From Sediminibacterium sp. (GTDB lineage Bacteria; Bacteroidota; Bacteroidia; Chitinophagales; Chitinophagaceae): a DNA stretch of 64,000 bases. The stretch is from the NCBI RefSeq assembly GCF_030695065.1, contig NZ_JAUYTR010000019.1:11478-75477 (forward strand), written 5' to 3'. Below the pieces are notes generated by a model, which saw nothing but the letters and a program-made list of their open reading frames with translations, was not told where the DNA came from and searched no databases. The position numbers and the translations under genes were made by a program. Below, one piece after another: positions 47,447 to 57,365 of this stretch; position 1 is the first letter of the stretch; each line of letters opens with the position of its first letter.

Positions 47447-48997
47447 ATGAAAAAAAAGATTTTTTGTCTCAGTTGCAGCATATTGCTAGCTGCTGTTGTT
47501 ATAGGTCAACCTAAAATGCAGTATACCGTATCAATGCCTCAGGCTGCAAAAGGAAAATTTCATATAACCCTTGATGCAGCTGGATTTAGCAAAGATTCTA
47601 TTGTGCTAAAAATGCCTAACTGGATGCCAGGGTATTATCAGTTAATGAACTATGCCAATACAGTAGATTCTTTGGCTGCATTTAATCAAAAAGGAAAAGC
47701 ATTATCCGTTTCTAAAATTAACAGCAATAGTTGGTTAATAGTAACTACCAAGAACAGTCCTTTTCGCGTAACCTACCAAATCAACACCAATCGCAAATTT
47801 GTAGCCAATAGTTTTATTGATAGTGCCCATGCATATATAGTGCCTGCTAATAATTTCATGTACGTAGCGTCTATGCTGCAACTGCCGGTGCAAGTAAAAA
47901 TCAACAGCTTTAATCAACCTTCATTTAAAAAAATTGCAACTGGACTCCAACGCGTTAAAGAGAAAACCAATGTTTTTACCGCACCCAATTTTGATATTTT
48001 ATACGATTGCCCCATTTTAATTGGAGATTTAAAGGAACTGCCGCCATTTACAGTTAGGGGAGTGCCACATCGCTTCATTGGATATAAAATGGGCAGTTTT
48101 GATGAAGTACTTTTCATGAATACATTGCAAAAAGCGATAGAGCAAGGTGTTCATATTATTGACCATATTCCATTTAAAGAATATACTTTTATTGGGATTG
48201 GTCCAGGTAGGGGTGGCATAGAACACTTGAATAATACCACGGTCAGTTTTAATGGCAATGAACTAAAAACACCTGCTGATATCAATCGGATTATGAACTT
48301 TTTGAGTCATGAATATTTTCATCATTACAATGTAAAAAGAATAAGACCAGTAGAGTTAGGACCTTTTGATTATGACAAAGGGAGTAAAACCACCCAGTTA
48401 TGGATCAGCGAAGGCTTGTCGGTTTACTTTGAATATTTAATGGTGAAGCGGGCTAAAATTGTGGACCGCCAATTGTTTTTAAATAACCTTGCCAATAATA
48501 TTACTGCTCACGAAAACAACCCTGGCAAATCACACCAAAGTTTGTTGCAAGCCAGTTACAATACTTGGTCTGATGGGCCTTTTGGTACCAGCGGTACAGA
48601 CAAAAACAAAGCCATTTCCTATTATGATAAAGGCCCAGTTGTGGGTATGATATTAGACTTTGCCATTCGCAATGCTTCTAAAAATAAATTCAGTTTAGAC
48701 CATGTGATGCGGTTCATGTATAATGAATACTATCAGCGATTGCAAAGAGGTTTTACGGACGCTGAATTTCAGGCAGCATGCGAACAAATGGCAGGCAAGT
48801 CTTTGGCCAATGAATTTGAATACATTTCTACTACTAAAGAGTTGGATTATCAAAAATATTTGGGTTATGCTGGCTTAACCCTCACTTCTATTGAGGTGGA
48901 GAAAGCTGGGCAAAAAAAGGTTCAATACACAATCAGTGTATTGCCATCGCTTAATACCGATCAATTGGCCATCTTAAACAGTTGGTTGGGGGATTAA
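47447..48997 (+). CDS. M61-family (glycyl aminopeptidase-like) metallopeptidase, exported
   Basis: MPNWMPGYY, LYDCPIL, GGIEHLN, HEYFHHYN, WISEG, YYDKG; signal peptide. Confidence 0.9.
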   Translation: MKKKIFCLSCSILLAAVVIGQPKMQYTVSMPQAAKGKFHITLDAAGFSKDSIVLKMPNWMPGYYQLMNYANTVDSLAAFNQKGKALSVSKINSNSWLIVTTKNSPFRVTYQINTNRKFVANSFIDSAHAYIVPANNFMYVASMLQLPVQVKINSFNQPSFKKIATGLQRVKEKTNVFTAPNFDILYDCPILIGDLKELPPFTVRGVPHRFIGYKMGSFDEVLFMNTLQKAIEQGVHIIDHIPFKEYTFIGIGPGRGGIEHLNNTTVSFNGNELKTPADINRIMNFLSHEYFHHYNVKRIRPVELGPFDYDKGSKTTQLWISEGLSVYFEYLMVKRAKIVDRQLFLNNLANNITAHENNPGKSHQSLLQASYNTWSDGPFGTSGTDKNKAISYYDKGPVVGMILDFAIRNASKNKFSLDHVMRFMYNEYYQRLQRGFTDAEFQAACEQMAGKSLANEFEYISTTKELDYQKYLGYAGLTLTSIEVEKAGQKKVQYTISVLPSLNTDQLAILNSWLGD

Positions 48998-49064
48998 AAT
49001 CTCCGTGAAAACACGGTTGCTTATCTATTTGCAAAACCCTATTTTGTTTCATCAATTAAGGCGT

Positions 49065-49688
49065 ATGCGAAATAGCTATTTATTCGTCCCTTACAGGCTA
49101 ATGCTGATTCTAGGGCTAGGTTTCACCAGTTTGTCTTGTACTCGTATTCCATTACAAAGTATAACCTTGTCTGAACGCATCCAGGAAGAGGGTGCTAGAA
49201 TGCACCAACTTAATTTATTGCTGATCAATCAACTATTCGCTGAGAAAAAAGAAAGGGTTAACGATTTTATTAAAAGCGATTATACACCTAGTATGATCCA
49301 GAAAATGACCAACGACTTAGATGAAGATATAGACGTTAAATTGGAACTGCCACAAATAATGGCTGCTGCAATTCCTATGATTAGTGAGCGGAAATATTCC
49401 ATGCAAATGGCCCTTGATTCTGCAAAAATTAAAATTGTTGATCAGCTCAATTCCGATTTTGTTAAATACAATATGGCCAATACTGAAATGAAACGTTTAT
49501 TAGAATCTGCAGTTAAGTTAAATGAAGAAAAAAAGCAATTATTGAATCAATCTAATTGGTTTAAGAAAAAAGGGATTAATTACGATCAGTTGGCTGAATT
49601 ATTGGATCGGTTTGTGTATTCTTCTGGAAATATAGGCGGGCTGATAATGAATTTAAACAAGGATTTAAATAAAGTACTGAATCAATAA
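49065..49688 (+). CDS. Hypothetical all-alpha lipoprotein
   Basis: Lipobox-like TSLS-C after a hydrophobic stretch; helical, heptad-rich mature region; start 49065 (alternatively 49101). Confidence 0.7.
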   Translation: MRNSYLFVPYRLMLILGLGFTSLSCTRIPLQSITLSERIQEEGARMHQLNLLLINQLFAEKKERVNDFIKSDYTPSMIQKMTNDLDEDIDVKLELPQIMAAAIPMISERKYSMQMALDSAKIKIVDQLNSDFVKYNMANTEMKRLLESAVKLNEEKKQLLNQSNWFKKKGINYDQLAELLDRFVYSSGNIGGLIMNLNKDLNKVLNQ

Positions 49689-49696
49689 TTGTTGTT

Positions 49697-49963
49697 ATGA
49701 ATAATCAATGGCAAAAGAAAGCAAAGCAGGCCCAAAAAGAAACAGATGCTGAATTGGCCAATCAGATTGTAGAATTAAGTAGTGTTAAACAAAAAGAAAT
49801 AGACCAATTATTAGCTGAAAATAAAATGGATACGGCTGAGTTTAATCAGTTGATAAAGTTGATTAAAGACCAAACCAAGAGCAATAACGACAAAATCAAA
49901 GCCCTCTCTAATATGCAAAATGGACTAGAATTATTGGTAGGCTTAGTAGGCAAATTGATTTAG
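49697..49963 (+). CDS. Hypothetical 88-aa helical protein with an amphipathic C-terminal helix
   Basis: Open ORF 8 nt after the lipoprotein gene; charged helices; ends GLELLVGLVGKLI. Confidence 0.7.
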   Translation: MNNQWQKKAKQAQKETDAELANQIVELSSVKQKEIDQLLAENKMDTAEFNQLIKLIKDQTKSNNDKIKALSNMQNGLELLVGLVGKLI

Positions 49964-49990
49964 CCCATTATGGGTTCACCTCAAAATCCT

Positions 49991-49998
49991 TAATTTTG
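49991..49998 (+). promoter_or_regulatory. -7 promoter element (TAATTTTG) upstream of rimO
   Basis: TAnnTTTG match ending 7 nt before the ATG at 50006. Confidence 0.55.
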
Positions 49999-50005
49999 CC
50001 CTCTC

Positions 50006-51316
50006 ATGAAGGCAAAAACACTCAAAAAGGACAAGGTTAATATCATCACCCTAGGATGCAGTAAAAATTTAGTAGACTCTGAAGTGTTGAGTGGTCAACT
50101 GGCTGCCAATGATATTGACGTAGTGCATGAGAATGCCAAACTAGACCATAATATTGTGGTGGTGAATACCTGCGGATTCATTGATAAAGCCAAAGAGGAA
50201 AGTATTAATACCATTTTAGACCAGGTTGAACTCAAGCGCAGAGGTAAACTAGATAAAGTATATGTTACGGGTTGTTTAAGCGAGCGTTACAGGGGCGATT
50301 TAGAAGCGGAAATGCCTGAAGTAGATGCCTGGTTTGGTACTTTGGAATTACCCTTGATTTTAAAACAGTTTGAAGCAGATTATAAAGCAGAATTATTGGG
50401 TGAACGAATGTTGAGTACCCCCAAACACTATGCTTATTTAAAAATTGCAGAAGGTTGTAATAGAACCTGTTCCTTCTGTGCCATTCCTTTGATGCGGGGT
50501 AAACATATCAGTCGATCTATAGAAGACTTGGTAACTGAAGCGGAATCGTTAGTACAAAAAGGGGTGAAGGAAGTTATGCTGATAGCGCAAGAGCTTACTT
50601 ATTATGGTTTAGATCTCTATAAAGAGCGAGCATTGCCTAAATTATTAGATGCATTGGCCGATGTAAAAGGCTTGGAGTGGATCAGATTGCATTATGCATA
50701 TCCTAGTAAATTTCCTTTAGAAATTTTAGAAGTAATGCAACGAAGAGACAATATTTGTAAGTACTTAGACATGCCTTTACAGCACGCAAGTAATAGCATG
50801 CTCAAAGCCATGCGTAGGAATATTACCCGCGAAGAAATGTCTGAACTGATTCACCAAATTAAAGCTGCAGTTCCTGGTATATGTTTAAGAACCACATTGA
50901 TTGCGGGTTTCCCAGGAGAAACAGAAGAGGACGTGGAAGAATTGAAAGCATTCTTACAAGAACACCGTTTTGATAGGGTAGGTATTTTTAGTTATAGCCA
51001 CGAAGAAAATACCAGTGCGTACGATTTGGTAGACAATGTTCCTGCCGAGGTAAAAGCGGCTCGTGCTCAGGAAATCATGGAAGTGCAGCAAGAAATTTCG
51101 TACGAGAAAAACCAAGAAAAAATCGGTAAAGTTTTTAAAGTATTAATCGATAAAAAAGAAGCAGGCCGCTATTTGGGTAGAACCGAATTTGATAGTGTAG
51201 AAGTAGACAATGAAGTGGTCATTCACAGCACTAAAAAATTACCTATTGGTGAATTTGTGCAAGTGAAAATAACTAAAGCCTACGATTACGACTTAGAAGG
51301 TGAAGTGGTTGCTTAA
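50006..51316 (+). CDS. rimO: Ribosomal protein uS12 methylthiotransferase
   Basis: TLGCSKNLVDSE, NTCGFI, CNRTCSFC, YLKIAEG, C-terminal TRAM domain (GRTEFDSVEVD). Confidence 0.95.
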   Translation: MKAKTLKKDKVNIITLGCSKNLVDSEVLSGQLAANDIDVVHENAKLDHNIVVVNTCGFIDKAKEESINTILDQVELKRRGKLDKVYVTGCLSERYRGDLEAEMPEVDAWFGTLELPLILKQFEADYKAELLGERMLSTPKHYAYLKIAEGCNRTCSFCAIPLMRGKHISRSIEDLVTEAESLVQKGVKEVMLIAQELTYYGLDLYKERALPKLLDALADVKGLEWIRLHYAYPSKFPLEILEVMQRRDNICKYLDMPLQHASNSMLKAMRRNITREEMSELIHQIKAAVPGICLRTTLIAGFPGETEEDVEELKAFLQEHRFDRVGIFSYSHEENTSAYDLVDNVPAEVKAARAQEIMEVQQEISYEKNQEKIGKVFKVLIDKKEAGRYLGRTEFDSVEVDNEVVIHSTKKLPIGEFVQVKITKAYDYDLEGEVVA

Positions 51317-51329
51317 TGCGAATAGCTTC

Positions 51330-52877
51330 TTATAGTTTAAATCCAAAAGTTAACATGATACTGCCCCTGCTTCCAGTTTGCTCAGCAAACGTGTTGGGCT
51401 TGTCATTTAATCGATAGGCAAATACCGCATCCTTGTTCATAATATGCGAATAGGATAGGTCTATAAACATTCCCTTGTTTCTATATCCCAACCCACCTGT
51501 GCCAATTACTCTACTGGCTTTCAATGCTTCATCTTGATAAGGGCTGCCATAATAAGCTGCACCCAACCTGAACATAATGGTATTGAATTTTAATTCTCCT
51601 CCAATTCTAGCATTGATATTGCCTTTGTAATTATCTATAATGGCTTCATTTAAAGCTGTATAATAATTACGGAAACCTGCATCGGAGGCATTTTCTCCAG
51701 CTACCGCAAACCTAGCTCCTTTGTAATGCACATATTCTATATCTGCACTAATAAAGCCTTTTTGTAAACGAGTGTCGTTAATTTCTCTAAACACATAACT
51801 AAAGCTACCTATGGCTCTCCATGGGGTAGTAATATTGTACTTGCTGGTACCTGCACGGCCACTGTTTAAATTATCGCTGCTTTCACTGCGTTGCCCTGCA
51901 TAAGTTTCTGTATTGGCAACCATAGAAGATCTAATTCGATCGGTCATGGTGATAATTTGAGGACTATGAAACGCAAAGCCTATTCTAACAAATGGGGTAG
52001 GCTTATAAATAGTTCCCAACTTTAAACCAATACCCGCACCTTGGGAAGAGTAAGTTTCTTTGTATTCAAAAAAACTAAATTGATTGGTAGGGTCGTTGGT
52101 AGCATCTCTTTCACTATAAACCAACTCGCGATTATACTTAATAATTGGAATATTGAAACTACCTCCTACATAAAGTTTGTCGGCCATATTACCGGCAAAT
52201 CCAATGGCTATTTCATTATATCCACCACTTGTTCTTGCATTGTATAACTGGTTTACGCCGGTTGAAATAGGTACTAAACTTTGGTAACCTGCCACAGCAC
52301 CACCAGGCCCACTTAATGTATCAACTAAAAATGTTCTAAAAGCCAATGATGATCCAAATATATAATTACCTAGAGCAGCATTGGTGTCTGCTCTATCTCG
52401 AGTTAGTTCTTCTAAATATTTTTCAGTAAATGAACTGAAATTATTTCGACCACTAAAACTCACTTGGTTATTGTAATTAGCCAATTGATTAACTGAAATA
52501 GCAAATGCAGAACTGGTCCATTTACTATAGCCCGATTTGCTTGAACCCGCCAAAACAATTCCAGTTGTTCCGTAACCAAATCCTGATTTGCTGCTTGAAG
52601 TATCGGTACCCCTATAATTGAATTTATTGCTATTGAGTAAAAAACCTGGTGACAAAACCAATTCCCTGGTTTTGTATAAGCCAATACCAGCAGGGTTTAC
52701 GTGGTTTGCAGTGATGTCTCCTCCCAAAGAGCCCATTACTCCACCCACTGCCATATTTCTTGCTGTACCATTTTGGGTAAACCAAGATACTCTTAATGCA
52801 TCTTCTGGAGATTGAGCAGTTGCTGTTTGGGCAAAAATTGCCAGTCCGCTTATTAATAAGCCGAAATATTTTTTCAT
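51330..52877 (-). CDS. OmpP1/FadL-like outer-membrane beta-barrel
   Basis: Signal peptide; AQSPEDALR...GTARNMAVGG...NPAGIG hatch-like N-terminus; C-terminal LTFGFKL. Confidence 0.8.
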   Translation of the reverse strand: MKKYFGLLISGLAIFAQTATAQSPEDALRVSWFTQNGTARNMAVGGVMGSLGGDITANHVNPAGIGLYKTRELVLSPGFLLNSNKFNYRGTDTSSSKSGFGYGTTGIVLAGSSKSGYSKWTSSAFAISVNQLANYNNQVSFSGRNNFSSFTEKYLEELTRDRADTNAALGNYIFGSSLAFRTFLVDTLSGPGGAVAGYQSLVPISTGVNQLYNARTSGGYNEIAIGFAGNMADKLYVGGSFNIPIIKYNRELVYSERDATNDPTNQFSFFEYKETYSSQGAGIGLKLGTIYKPTPFVRIGFAFHSPQIITMTDRIRSSMVANTETYAGQRSESSDNLNSGRAGTSKYNITTPWRAIGSFSYVFREINDTRLQKGFISADIEYVHYKGARFAVAGENASDAGFRNYYTALNEAIIDNYKGNINARIGGELKFNTIMFRLGAAYYGSPYQDEALKASRVIGTGGLGYRNKGMFIDLSYSHIMNKDAVFAYRLNDKPNTFAEQTGSRGSIMLTFGFKL

Positions 52878-52889
52878 AAAATGGGTTAA

Positions 52890-53714
52890 TTAGTTTCTAC
52901 CACCACGTCCTGTGCTGGTGCTGGTTCCAGTACTTTTAAAGCCACCGCTTGCACCACCAGCGCTGCTACTGGTAGTAGGAATAGTGCTACTAGAGCTGTT
53001 GCCAAAAGTTCTAATAGAACGGTCGTAACTTGAACCAGTTCCACCTGCTGAAGTAGAACTAGAGAAGACTCTCTTAACTAGGTTGCTGAAATTGTTGCTT
53101 CCCCCATTGGTGCCTGGTGCATACCATTTAGGATCGTTGCTATTATTGTACATTCTATTACGTAATGCACTTAAGTTTGCCCCAGAGTTATAAGTAGGTA
53201 AACTTGCTTTTGGATTGGCGTAATTGATAACAGAAAACATTGGATTGCCCCAACCAAGTGGGTTACCAAAAATGCCTCCATTGAATCCACCACCATAAAA
53301 TCCGCCTCCGAAAAAATTATTCCAAGCATACATGCCTGGTCTAAAGCCCAATCCAATACTCCATGGATTATTATTAAACATAAAGGGGTCTAGTATCCAA
53401 GGATTAAATGTATTAAAATGATTGAAGCTATATGGGGAGAAATCATAGCGCATATCATTCCAGTAACTGAAATTATCAATCGAGCTCCAACGATTTCTAT
53501 TGGCTACTCTCATACGTAAATATCGATCATCCATTGTACTCACGTATTCTTGATATCGCTCATCGTTGTTTTTATTATTGGCAACTGCATATGTTTCTCG
53601 TTCTTGTCCAGGTGAAAAATACACATCATCTGGGGTTTGCCCCATTTGATAAGCAGTACTACATCCACTAAGAATGGTTGCAGCAACAAAAGCACTTAGT
53701 AATAACTTTTTCAT
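52890..53714 (-). CDS. Hypothetical lipoprotein with an aromatic/Gly-rich middle and Ser/Gly-rich tail
   Basis: Lipobox ILSG-C, PDDVYFSP motif, W/Y/G/N-rich centre, S/G/T-rich end finishing RGGRN; ATG at 53714. Confidence 0.78.
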   Translation of the reverse strand: MKKLLLSAFVAATILSGCSTAYQMGQTPDDVYFSPGQERETYAVANNKNNDERYQEYVSTMDDRYLRMRVANRNRWSSIDNFSYWNDMRYDFSPYSFNHFNTFNPWILDPFMFNNNPWSIGLGFRPGMYAWNNFFGGGFYGGGFNGGIFGNPLGWGNPMFSVINYANPKASLPTYNSGANLSALRNRMYNNSNDPKWYAPGTNGGSNNFSNLVKRVFSSSTSAGGTGSSYDRSIRTFGNSSSSTIPTTSSSAGGASGGFKSTGTSTSTGRGGRN

Positions 53715-53758
53715 GATTTTCCTTTTTAGGTTGATCAACTTGGTTGAGTGAAGTTACA

Positions 53759-53766
53759 TACATTTG
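53759..53766 (+). promoter_or_regulatory. -7 promoter element (TACATTTG) upstream of proS
   Basis: TAnnTTTG match about 90 nt before the ATG at 53856. Confidence 0.45.
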
Positions 53767-53855
53767 CGATTGGTAACCTCTATCAATTAAGTGGCAAATT
53801 ACATGCCAACTAACAAATGTTAGTGTTGAACAGGTTAAAAAAAACAAAAATATTT

Positions 53856-55334
53856 ATGGGTAAGGAAATTACTTCTAGGGCACAGGACTATTCACAGTGG
53901 TATAATGACTTAATTATCAAGGGTAATTTGGCTGATTATTCAGCTGTTAGGGGTTGTATGGTCATTAAACCCTATGGATTTGCCTTATGGGAAAATATGC
54001 GAGACGTGTTAGACAAAATGTTTAAAGACACGGGCCATCAGAATGCTTATTTCCCTCTTTTTGTTCCTAAGAGTTTATTTGAGGCAGAAGAAAAAAATGC
54101 AGAAGGCTTTGCTAAAGAATGTGCCGTGGTAACCCACTATCGTTTAAAAACTGACCCCAATAACAAGGGAAAATTAATTGTTGATCCTGAAGCAAAATTA
54201 GAAGAAGAGCTAGTAGTTCGCCCTACCAGTGAAGCAATTATTTGGAATACTTATAAAGGATGGATTCAGAGTTATCGCGATTTGCCTTTATTGATTAATC
54301 AGTGGGCCAATGTGGTAAGATGGGAAATGAGAACAAGATTGTTTTTAAGAACCGCAGAGTTCTTATGGCAAGAAGGTCATACTGCACATGCCACTGCAGA
54401 AGAAGCCATTGAAGAAACCAAACGCATGTTAGATGTTTATGCAGATTTTGCAGAAAATTGGATGGCATTACCGGTAATTAAAGGGGTTAAATCTCCTAAT
54501 GAACGTTTTGCAGGTGCCGAAGACACTTATTGCATTGAAGCATTAATGCAAGACGGTAAAGCATTGCAAGCTGGAACTTCCCACTTCTTAGGACAAAATT
54601 TTGCCAAAGCTTTTGATGTAAAATTCAGTGACAAACAAAATAAATTAGACTATGTATGGGCAACCAGTTGGGGTGTTAGTACTCGTTTAATTGGGGGATT
54701 GGTGATGGCGCATAGTGACGACGACGGTTTAATTTTACCGCCTCGTATTGCACCTGTGCAAGTTGTGATTGTTCCTATTTACAAAGGCGAAGAGCAAAAA
54801 GCACAAATTGATGAAGTAGTTAACCAAATGAAAAAGGAAATGGTTTCCTTGGGTATTTCTGTTAAATATGATGATTCCGACAACAGCAGACCAGGCTGGA
54901 AATTTGCAGAGTATGAATTAAAAGGTGTGCCAGTAAGAATTGCTGTAGGTGCAAGAGATTTAGAAAATAAAGTAGTTGAAGTAGCTAGAAGGGATACCAA
55001 AGAAAAACAAACAGTGCCCTTAGAAGGCATTGCCAGTTTTGTACATGATTTATTAGACAATATTCAAGTGTCTATGTACAATAAAGCAAAAGCATTTCAA
55101 CAGGAAAATATTAGAAAGGCTGATAGCTGGGATGAGTTCATTCAAATTTTAGATACCAATGCTGGTTTTGTTTCTGCGCATTGGGATGGAACAGCTGAAT
55201 CTGAAGATAAAATTAAAGAGTTAACAAAAGCTACCATACGTTGCATTCCTTTGGATAATCCTCAAGAGGATGGACAATGTATTTTATCCGGAAAAAAATC
55301 GACCCAGAGAGTACTTTTTGCCAGAGCTTATTGA
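53856..55334 (+). CDS. proS: Proline--tRNA ligase, archaeal/eukaryotic type
   Basis: [39 protein letters not shown]-terminal LFARAY; ATG at 53856. Confidence 0.97.
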   Translation: MGKEITSRAQDYSQWYNDLIIKGNLADYSAVRGCMVIKPYGFALWENMRDVLDKMFKDTGHQNAYFPLFVPKSLFEAEEKNAEGFAKECAVVTHYRLKTDPNNKGKLIVDPEAKLEEELVVRPTSEAIIWNTYKGWIQSYRDLPLLINQWANVVRWEMRTRLFLRTAEFLWQEGHTAHATAEEAIEETKRMLDVYADFAENWMALPVIKGVKSPNERFAGAEDTYCIEALMQDGKALQAGTSHFLGQNFAKAFDVKFSDKQNKLDYVWATSWGVSTRLIGGLVMAHSDDDGLILPPRIAPVQVVIVPIYKGEEQKAQIDEVVNQMKKEMVSLGISVKYDDSDNSRPGWKFAEYELKGVPVRIAVGARDLENKVVEVARRDTKEKQTVPLEGIASFVHDLLDNIQVSMYNKAKAFQQENIRKADSWDEFIQILDTNAGFVSAHWDGTAESEDKIKELTKATIRCIPLDNPQEDGQCILSGKKSTQRVLFARAY

Positions 55335-55346
55335 TATATTTATTAA

Positions 55347-56291
55347 ATGGAATATAATAAATATAGTCTGGTTTTCAAGGGCAGTGGATTCGAGTATTTC
55401 AAAATTCAGTTAGTGAATATTATTCTCACTACCATAACCCTTGGTTTATATTATCCTTGGGCAAAAGCACGTACCCTGCATTTCTTCTATGCAAACACGG
55501 TGTTTAATGAGCAACCTTTTGTATTTACCGGTACTGGAGAACAAATGTTTAAAGGGTTTATAAAAGCCTTTTTGATTTTGGTAACTGTGTATGGACTCGT
55601 TATTTACCTAACTTTAAATGAACAAGAATTAGTTGGACTTGCATTATTGTATATTATCCTTTTGTTCATCATTCCTTTAGCTATTCATGGTTCATATAGG
55701 TATCGATTTGCAAAGACAATTTGGAGCGGTATACGTTTTGGATATATGGGAGATAAGTGGGAGCTACTCATGCTTTGCATTAAAGGAACTTTTTTGACGA
55801 TTGTTACAATTGGAATTTATGGTGCTTGGTTTGCAATGAATTTACGTAGGTATTTGTTGTGTAATATTAAAGTAGGAGATGCCCGGTTCTCCTATAAAGG
55901 AGTGGGTGGCGAATATTTTTGGCTTAATGTAAAAGGATATTTGCTGAGCATCTTCACTTTCGGTATTTATTTTTTCTGGTGGCAAAAAGATTTGTTTGCT
56001 TATTTCATTAATAATTTAAGACTAACAAAAGGGGACCAAACTATGTTGTTGAAATCTAAAGCAACTGGTGGAGATTTTTTAGCATTAATCATGGTTAACC
56101 TTTTATTATTTGTTTTCACTTTAGGATTGGCAACCCCTTGGATTGTGGTAAGGAGTATGCGCTTTTTGTTCTCCAATATTGTATTGGATGGTACTATTGC
56201 ATTTGATGAATTAAGGCAAACACAAGAAAATTTTGATGATGCAACAGGAGAAGATATCACCGACTTTTTAGACTTTGGTTTTATAATATAA
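55347..56291 (+). CDS. YjgN (DUF898) family inner-membrane protein
   Basis: F.G.G.EYF...LTTITLGLYYPWAKAR, F.FTGTGEQMF; repeated T(L/I/F)G(L/I)YxxW helices. Confidence 0.88.
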   Translation: MEYNKYSLVFKGSGFEYFKIQLVNIILTTITLGLYYPWAKARTLHFFYANTVFNEQPFVFTGTGEQMFKGFIKAFLILVTVYGLVIYLTLNEQELVGLALLYIILLFIIPLAIHGSYRYRFAKTIWSGIRFGYMGDKWELLMLCIKGTFLTIVTIGIYGAWFAMNLRRYLLCNIKVGDARFSYKGVGGEYFWLNVKGYLLSIFTFGIYFFWWQKDLFAYFINNLRLTKGDQTMLLKSKATGGDFLALIMVNLLLFVFTLGLATPWIVVRSMRFLFSNIVLDGTIAFDELRQTQENFDDATGEDITDFLDFGFII

Positions 56292-57364
56292 TGGATAATA
56301 TTCAGCAAGTAGATTTTTTTGATGGATTACAAGCGGGTCCTAAGCATGCTTTGATGTACTTTAATGCAGCCGGTATTTCTATTCAGTTAGGCGCTTATTG
56401 GGATAAGGAAGCAACCGTTTTATTTTTTCCTTATAAACAATGCAATATTCAAGAAACTGGGAATAAATTAATTGTATTCTTAAATAAGAATGCCACCAAC
56501 TATATTTCTTTTAGTGCAGATGCAAATTTTGCTATAGACCTTAAACAAAAAATTAATCACAAAGACCAATCATTTGCTGCTACTCTATTAAGTATGAATG
56601 TGTTTTCTTTGTTCATATTGGTGGTTATTTTATTAGCTGGAGTTTATTGGGGTATTTCAACAATTGTTCCTTGGGCAGGTTTGAAATTAATAAAACCTTC
56701 CACCGAAACCGAGCTAGGAGAAAAAATGTATCAGTCGATGATGCAAGGCGAAACGATTGATCATCAAAGAACAAAATTGTTACAAGAATTTGCTAAATCA
56801 ATGAATCTTAGTAACACTTATCCAATTAAACTTACAGTAGTAAAAAATAGAGAAGTGAATGCTTATGCTATTCCAGGAGGAAATATTGTGGTTTATTCTG
56901 GAATACTAAAAGCCATGAAGTCTCCAGATGAATTAGCTGCATTATTAGGACATGAGACCGCTCATATTAATGATAGGCATAGTTTAAGATCTATATTAAG
57001 AAGTGCTGCAACGGGTTTAATTGTCTCGGTTGTATTAAATGATATTTCAGGTATTTTTTCGATTGTAGTAGAAAATGCAGAAGGATTAAGAACCATGCAT
57101 TTTTCAAGGGGTATTGAAAAAAGTGCAGATGAAGAAGGGATGAAATTATTGATAAAAAACAATATTCATCCTTTAGCAATGAAGAAATTAATGCAGCGCT
57201 TGAAAGAGAATAGTCCTGAAATACCCGAGGTGTTATCTTTTATGCAATCGCATCCTGCTACAGACGAAAGAATTAAACACGCAACTGAATTTGCTGTTCC
57301 TTATAAAAATAGTTCCTTTGCACCCAATCCAGTTTTGGATTCAATTTGGAGTGCATTAAAATAA
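56291..57364 (+). CDS. M48-family zinc metallopeptidase
   Basis: NAYAIPGG, GHETAH (HExxH), SRGIEKSAD, SHP; central TM helix; start overlaps the yjgN stop. Confidence 0.9.
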   Translation: MDNIQQVDFFDGLQAGPKHALMYFNAAGISIQLGAYWDKEATVLFFPYKQCNIQETGNKLIVFLNKNATNYISFSADANFAIDLKQKINHKDQSFAATLLSMNVFSLFILVVILLAGVYWGISTIVPWAGLKLIKPSTETELGEKMYQSMMQGETIDHQRTKLLQEFAKSMNLSNTYPIKLTVVKNREVNAYAIPGGNIVVYSGILKAMKSPDELAALLGHETAHINDRHSLRSILRSAATGLIVSVVLNDISGIFSIVVENAEGLRTMHFSRGIEKSADEEGMKLLIKNNIHPLAMKKLMQRLKENSPEIPEVLSFMQSHPATDERIKHATEFAVPYKNSSFAPNPVLDSIWSALK

Positions 57365-57365
57365 A

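Noticed and set aside
53856-55334. Archaeal/eukaryotic-type ProRS as possible horizontal transfer
   Set aside because: This type is normal for Bacteroidota.
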